From: Bradymonadia bacterium
Lineage (GTDB): Bacteria; Myxococcota_A; Bradymonadia; UBA7976; UBA1532
Direction of reading: 5' to 3'
Length of the DNA: 64,000 nucleotides
Assembly (NCBI GenBank): GCA_046290225.1
Contig: JBKAGE010000035.1
Coordinates: 482,783 to 546,782 of the forward strand
Shown: in pieces, positions 60,636-64,000 of the stretch
How positions within the stretch are numbered: position 1 is the stretch's first letter
Layout of the letters: every line of letters begins with the position of its first letter
Made by a program: the position numbers and the translations under genes
Notes under the pieces: model-generated
The model's input: only the letters and a program-made list of their open reading frames with translations
The model's database searches: none
What the model was told of the DNA's origin: nothing

Positions 60636-61379
60636 ATGCACCTCAACTTGTCAACCCGCTTTGCCCCCCTCAAGACCCCTCTGATCCCAGTTTTTATGCT
60701 GTTCTGCGGGGCTTTCAGCGGGTGCGTCGTCGGTGTCGATGACGCCTCCAAATCACTCCACGTGATCGAGATCGAGCCCGTGGAGGGTGCCAACGCCCCT
60801 GTGGATCAGCCTCTCAGGATCACCTTCGACCGTTATCTCGACCCTGATCAGGACTTCAGCCGCGCCGCCGACGTGATCTCTGGTGGCCTGCGGGTGGGCG
60901 CCAGTGTCGGGTACGATCCGGTGGCGCCGGGCCTGGTGGTCGTGCCGACCGCTGATCTACCCCCTGGCATCGGGTACACGCTCGTGGTTCGCGCCGAGCG
61001 CATCCGGGCCCTCGACGGCGGTCAGATGGCCGAAGACGTGCGGCACTCTTTCATCGGGGCCCGATCGACGACGGGCCCCCGAGAGACCCCCCTGGTGGAC
61101 TTCGAGTCCGAGGTCGCGCCCATCCTCGAGGCCCGCTGCGGCGGCTGTCACGGACCGGATCTGCCACCGGAGATGACCGAGGCGGGGCTGGTGGGTGTGC
61201 AGAGCCCTTCGATGCCCGAGTTGTTGATGGTGCGGCCGGGTCAGCCCATGGAGAGCACACTCGTGCTCAAGCTCCTGCCTGATTATCCCCGACGAGTGGG
61301 GCAGCAAATGCCGCTCTCGGGTGATCTGCTCGATCCCGAGACGCTGCGCACGCTGGTGAGCTGGGTGGCTCAGCTCTGA
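60636..61379 (+). CDS. Lipoprotein with an Ig-like domain and a c-type heme motif (start may be 60696)
   Basis: FSGC lipobox; P..G..AP......ITF; F...V.PIL..RCGGCH...MP. Confidence 0.65.
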   Translation: MHLNLSTRFAPLKTPLIPVFMLFCGAFSGCVVGVDDASKSLHVIEIEPVEGANAPVDQPLRITFDRYLDPDQDFSRAADVISGGLRVGASVGYDPVAPGLVVVPTADLPPGIGYTLVVRAERIRALDGGQMAEDVRHSFIGARSTTGPRETPLVDFESEVAPILEARCGGCHGPDLPPEMTEAGLVGVQSPSMPELLMVRPGQPMESTLVLKLLPDYPRRVGQQMPLSGDLLDPETLRTLVSWVAQL

Positions 61380-61484
61380 AGCCTGTGCCACTATCTCGCC
61401 CACTGTCCGCAACCTGCTGTCCGAAACCCGCCGGGCTCTCGCCCGCTGATGACCCCTTCTCGGGGCATGTCTGCTGGAGGCACC

Positions 61485-63236
61485 ATGGAGAAAGCCGCCC
61501 TGATCGATCTCGCCCGCCGCTGGATGGAGGCTGATCCTGATCCGGAGACCCGGGCCGAGGCCCTCGCCCTCATCGAGGCTGATGACGAGGAAGCCCTCCA
61601 CGGGGCTTTTGGGGCGCGCTTGAAGTTCGGTACGGCAGGGTTGCGTGGGGCACTGGGCTGCGGCCCGAACCGCATGAACCAGGCCCACGTGCGCTGGGTC
61701 ACCGCAGGGCTGGCGGACTATCTGCTGGCCCAGGTGCCCGAAGCGACGACGAAGGGGGTGGTGATCGGCTTTGATGCCCGGAAGGGCAGCACAGCCTTCG
61801 CGGAAGAGGCCGCGGCGGTCCTCGGGGGCCGAGGGTTCCGGGTGTACCTCTTCGAAATGGTGGTGCCGACGCCTCTGCTGAGCCACGCCGCTGCGCGCCT
61901 GGGCACGGCGGCGGGCATCATGGTGACGGCGAGCCACAACCCCCCGCAAGACAACGGCTACAAGGTCTACTGGTCGAACGCGGCGCAGATCATTCCGCCC
62001 CACGACGGCGGCATCAGCGATGCCATCGAGGCCCTCGGCGGCCCCTGGGCGATCACGCCCGGTGATGTGAGCGCGCTGCGGGCCTCAGGTCAGGTGACCT
62101 CGGTGCCTTCGGAGATTGTGGAGGGCTACCTCAAAGAGGTGCAGGCGCTGCGGGTGTACTCGGGCAAGACCGATCTGAAGGTGGTCTACACGGCAATGCA
62201 CGGGGTGGGCGGTCGCTGGGTACAGCAGGTGCTTGAGCAGGCGGGCTACACCGATGTGCACATGGTGCGCGAGCAGTTCGAGCCCGACGGCAGCTTCCCC
62301 ACGGTCTCGTTCCCGAACCCTGAAGAAGACGGCGCGATGGATCTGTCTCTGGCCCTCGCCGCAGAGGTGAAGGCTGATTTGGTGCTGGCGAATGATCCCG
62401 ACGCTGATCGGCTGGCGGTGGGTGTGCCTGATGGTGAGGGAGGCTATCGCGCGCTGACAGGCAACCAGATCGGGGTGCTGCTCGCTGACGATCTGCTGAC
62501 GCACGGCCCAAAGGACAAGCCCCGGCTGGTGGTGACGACGGTGGTGTCGTCGACGATGCTCAGCCGGATGGCCGAGCACCACGGGGCCCGCTACGTGGAG
62601 ACGCTCACGGGCTTCAAGTGGCTGGCCAACGAGGCGATCAAACACGAGGGGGCCGGCGGCCGCTTCGTATTGGGTTACGAGGAGGCCCTCGGGTATTCCT
62701 CCGGCTCGGTGGCCCGGGACAAAGACGGGGTGTCCACGGCGATGTTGTTCTGTGATCTGGCCGCGCGCTGTGCGGAGCAGGGCATCTCGGTCCTCGATCG
62801 CCTCGAGGCCCTCTACAGCCAGTTCGGCCTGCACTCGAGCCGTCAAAAGAGCCTGGTGCTGCCCGGCGACGAAGGCGCGGCCCAGATTCAGCAGATGTTG
62901 TCGACGCTGCGCGCAGATCCGCCATCGATCCTCGCGGGTGTGCCGGTGTTACAGCTTCGTGATCTGCTCACGGGGGAGGTGAGTTGTCCTGGTAACGATG
63001 AGCCGCCGCGCCCTGCTGCAGAGCCTCTGCCGCCGAGCAATGTGCTGGCCTTCGATCTTGAGGATGGCAGTCAGGTGCTGGTGCGGCCTTCTGGCACCGA
63101 GCCCAAGATCAAATTCTACTTCGAGGTGCGCACGCCTCTCGGGGATGAGGGCTGGACGCCGGCCCTGGAAGAGAAGGCTGCAGCGCGGATCGACGCCCTG
63201 GAGCAAGAGATCCTGCAGGCGGCAAAAGCACCCTGA
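61485..63236 (+). CDS. Phosphoglucomutase/phosphomannomutase
   Basis: FGTAGLRG, TASHNP..DNGYK, DPDADR, GYEEA.G, RPSGTEPKIK.Y. Confidence 0.95.
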   Translation: MEKAALIDLARRWMEADPDPETRAEALALIEADDEEALHGAFGARLKFGTAGLRGALGCGPNRMNQAHVRWVTAGLADYLLAQVPEATTKGVVIGFDARKGSTAFAEEAAAVLGGRGFRVYLFEMVVPTPLLSHAAARLGTAAGIMVTASHNPPQDNGYKVYWSNAAQIIPPHDGGISDAIEALGGPWAITPGDVSALRASGQVTSVPSEIVEGYLKEVQALRVYSGKTDLKVVYTAMHGVGGRWVQQVLEQAGYTDVHMVREQFEPDGSFPTVSFPNPEEDGAMDLSLALAAEVKADLVLANDPDADRLAVGVPDGEGGYRALTGNQIGVLLADDLLTHGPKDKPRLVVTTVVSSTMLSRMAEHHGARYVETLTGFKWLANEAIKHEGAGGRFVLGYEEALGYSSGSVARDKDGVSTAMLFCDLAARCAEQGISVLDRLEALYSQFGLHSSRQKSLVLPGDEGAAQIQQMLSTLRADPPSILAGVPVLQLRDLLTGEVSCPGNDEPPRPAAEPLPPSNVLAFDLEDGSQVLVRPSGTEPKIKFYFEVRTPLGDEGWTPALEEKAAARIDALEQEILQAAKAP

Positions 63237-63357
63237 CTCAACCCGTAACTCCTGATGTCACGGCTGCGGCTTTCTGCCACGTGGCCCTGTGCCACAGGGT
63301 GCGCTCCCTCCGCCTGATGTAGGGACTTTCCCCCTGTTTTTTATGCCATATTAAAAG

Positions 63358-63373
63358 TTGGCCTATCGTTTGC
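63358..63373 (+). promoter_or_regulatory. Putative sigma54 promoter
   Basis: TTGGC-CTATCGT-TTGC (GG-N10-GC), preceded by an AT-rich tract. Confidence 0.6.
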
Positions 63374-63384
63374 GTATCAGGTGG

Positions 63385-63572
63385 GCGCGAGATGAAAGGG
63401 TCCCTCCAACAGGTACCTTTCCTACATTCTGAGCGAGCTGCCGATCTGACTGCCCACTGTCGATACGCGTGGCTCCAAACCCACTCGCCAAGATCTGCAT
63501 CCCCCTTCGTGCAGGTCTGAGTGGTGTGACCGGGTCTGGCCCCCTTTCATCACTGCCAGGCCCGGTTTTTTT
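63385..63572 (+). ncRNA. Candidate sigma54-dependent small RNA
   Basis: Lies between the promoter and a terminator; several hairpins with C-rich loops; no RBS-led ORF. Confidence 0.45.
63529..63572 (+). terminator. Intrinsic terminator
   Basis: ACCGGGTCTGGC / GCCAGGCCCGGT stem followed by a T run. Confidence 0.75.
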
Positions 63573-63575
63573 ATG

Positions 63576-63881
63576 GGCTCCGGCGCTCCGGCGGCGTCAG
63601 CCGCCGTGACGCCGGCGATTTTCCGCCCAGCTACGACCTTTCCGTCCTCGAGGTAGCGCTGCTACCTCGAGGACGGAAAGCCCGCATCTGAACGAAAACT
63701 CACCGACGTCACGACGACTGCCGCCACCTCCGCGCCTCCGCTGGGCACGTGCATACCTGGGCTATGGCTTTGGGGGCCGGAGTGGTTGGTTTTTCGATCA
63801 GCGATCAAAGCCCACCTCAGGCCGGCCCCGCGGAGGTGCGGAGGTGGTGGCAGTCGTCGTGAGGTTCACGAGTTTGCGTGC
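63576..63881. repeat. Family B repeat, copy 2 (63576-63772), plus an inverted partial copy (63826-63881)
   Basis: Matches 48322..48531; the inverted piece matches the reverse complement of about 48449-48505. Confidence 0.8.
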
Positions 63882-64000
63882 GGGTGGCGCGAACAAACCG
63901 CGAGTCGTAGCCGGAGGCTCTGATCGTCCTACACATCTTTTGGTGTAGTGGTGGATTGGTTAGCGGCGAGCCAGCCCAGCTCGAACATGAGGATTTTTTC

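Overview
GC-rich chromosomal segment of a Myxococcota-type bacterium, inferred from mglB-mglA after dnaX-ybaB-recR, an FHA-sigma54 activator, PEGA Ser/Thr kinases and many Cys-rich lipoproteins. Most of it is core genome: ptsI end, rimO, lolA, amidase-rph-rdgB, hisS, serS, tadA, ffs, dnaX, recR, mglBA, ftsK, pal-cpoB, a phosphosugar mutase and 8 tRNAs, including all four tRNA-Ser clustered behind serS. The most interesting items are: (1) a stand-alone SIR2-TPR gene whose predicted promoter spacer is filled by a LexA-like palindrome, a candidate stress-inducible NADase or defence gene; (2) three families of structured intergenic repeats, the best being a two-armed element in which a constant CTGTAGCGGACG motif alternates with variable hairpins mostly capped by GNA triloops, a single-stranded-DNA folding signature; (3) a candidate sigma54-driven ~185-nt sRNA with C-rich loops; (4) a cobalamin-riboswitch operon whose first gene is a lipoprotein built from an unrecognised duplicated domain; (5) a 58-aa basic zinc-ribbon ORF missed by the ORF track, with its own promoter and RBS. 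No CRISPR array, transposase, integrase or rRNA was seen. All calls come from reading the sequence by eye; no searches were run.
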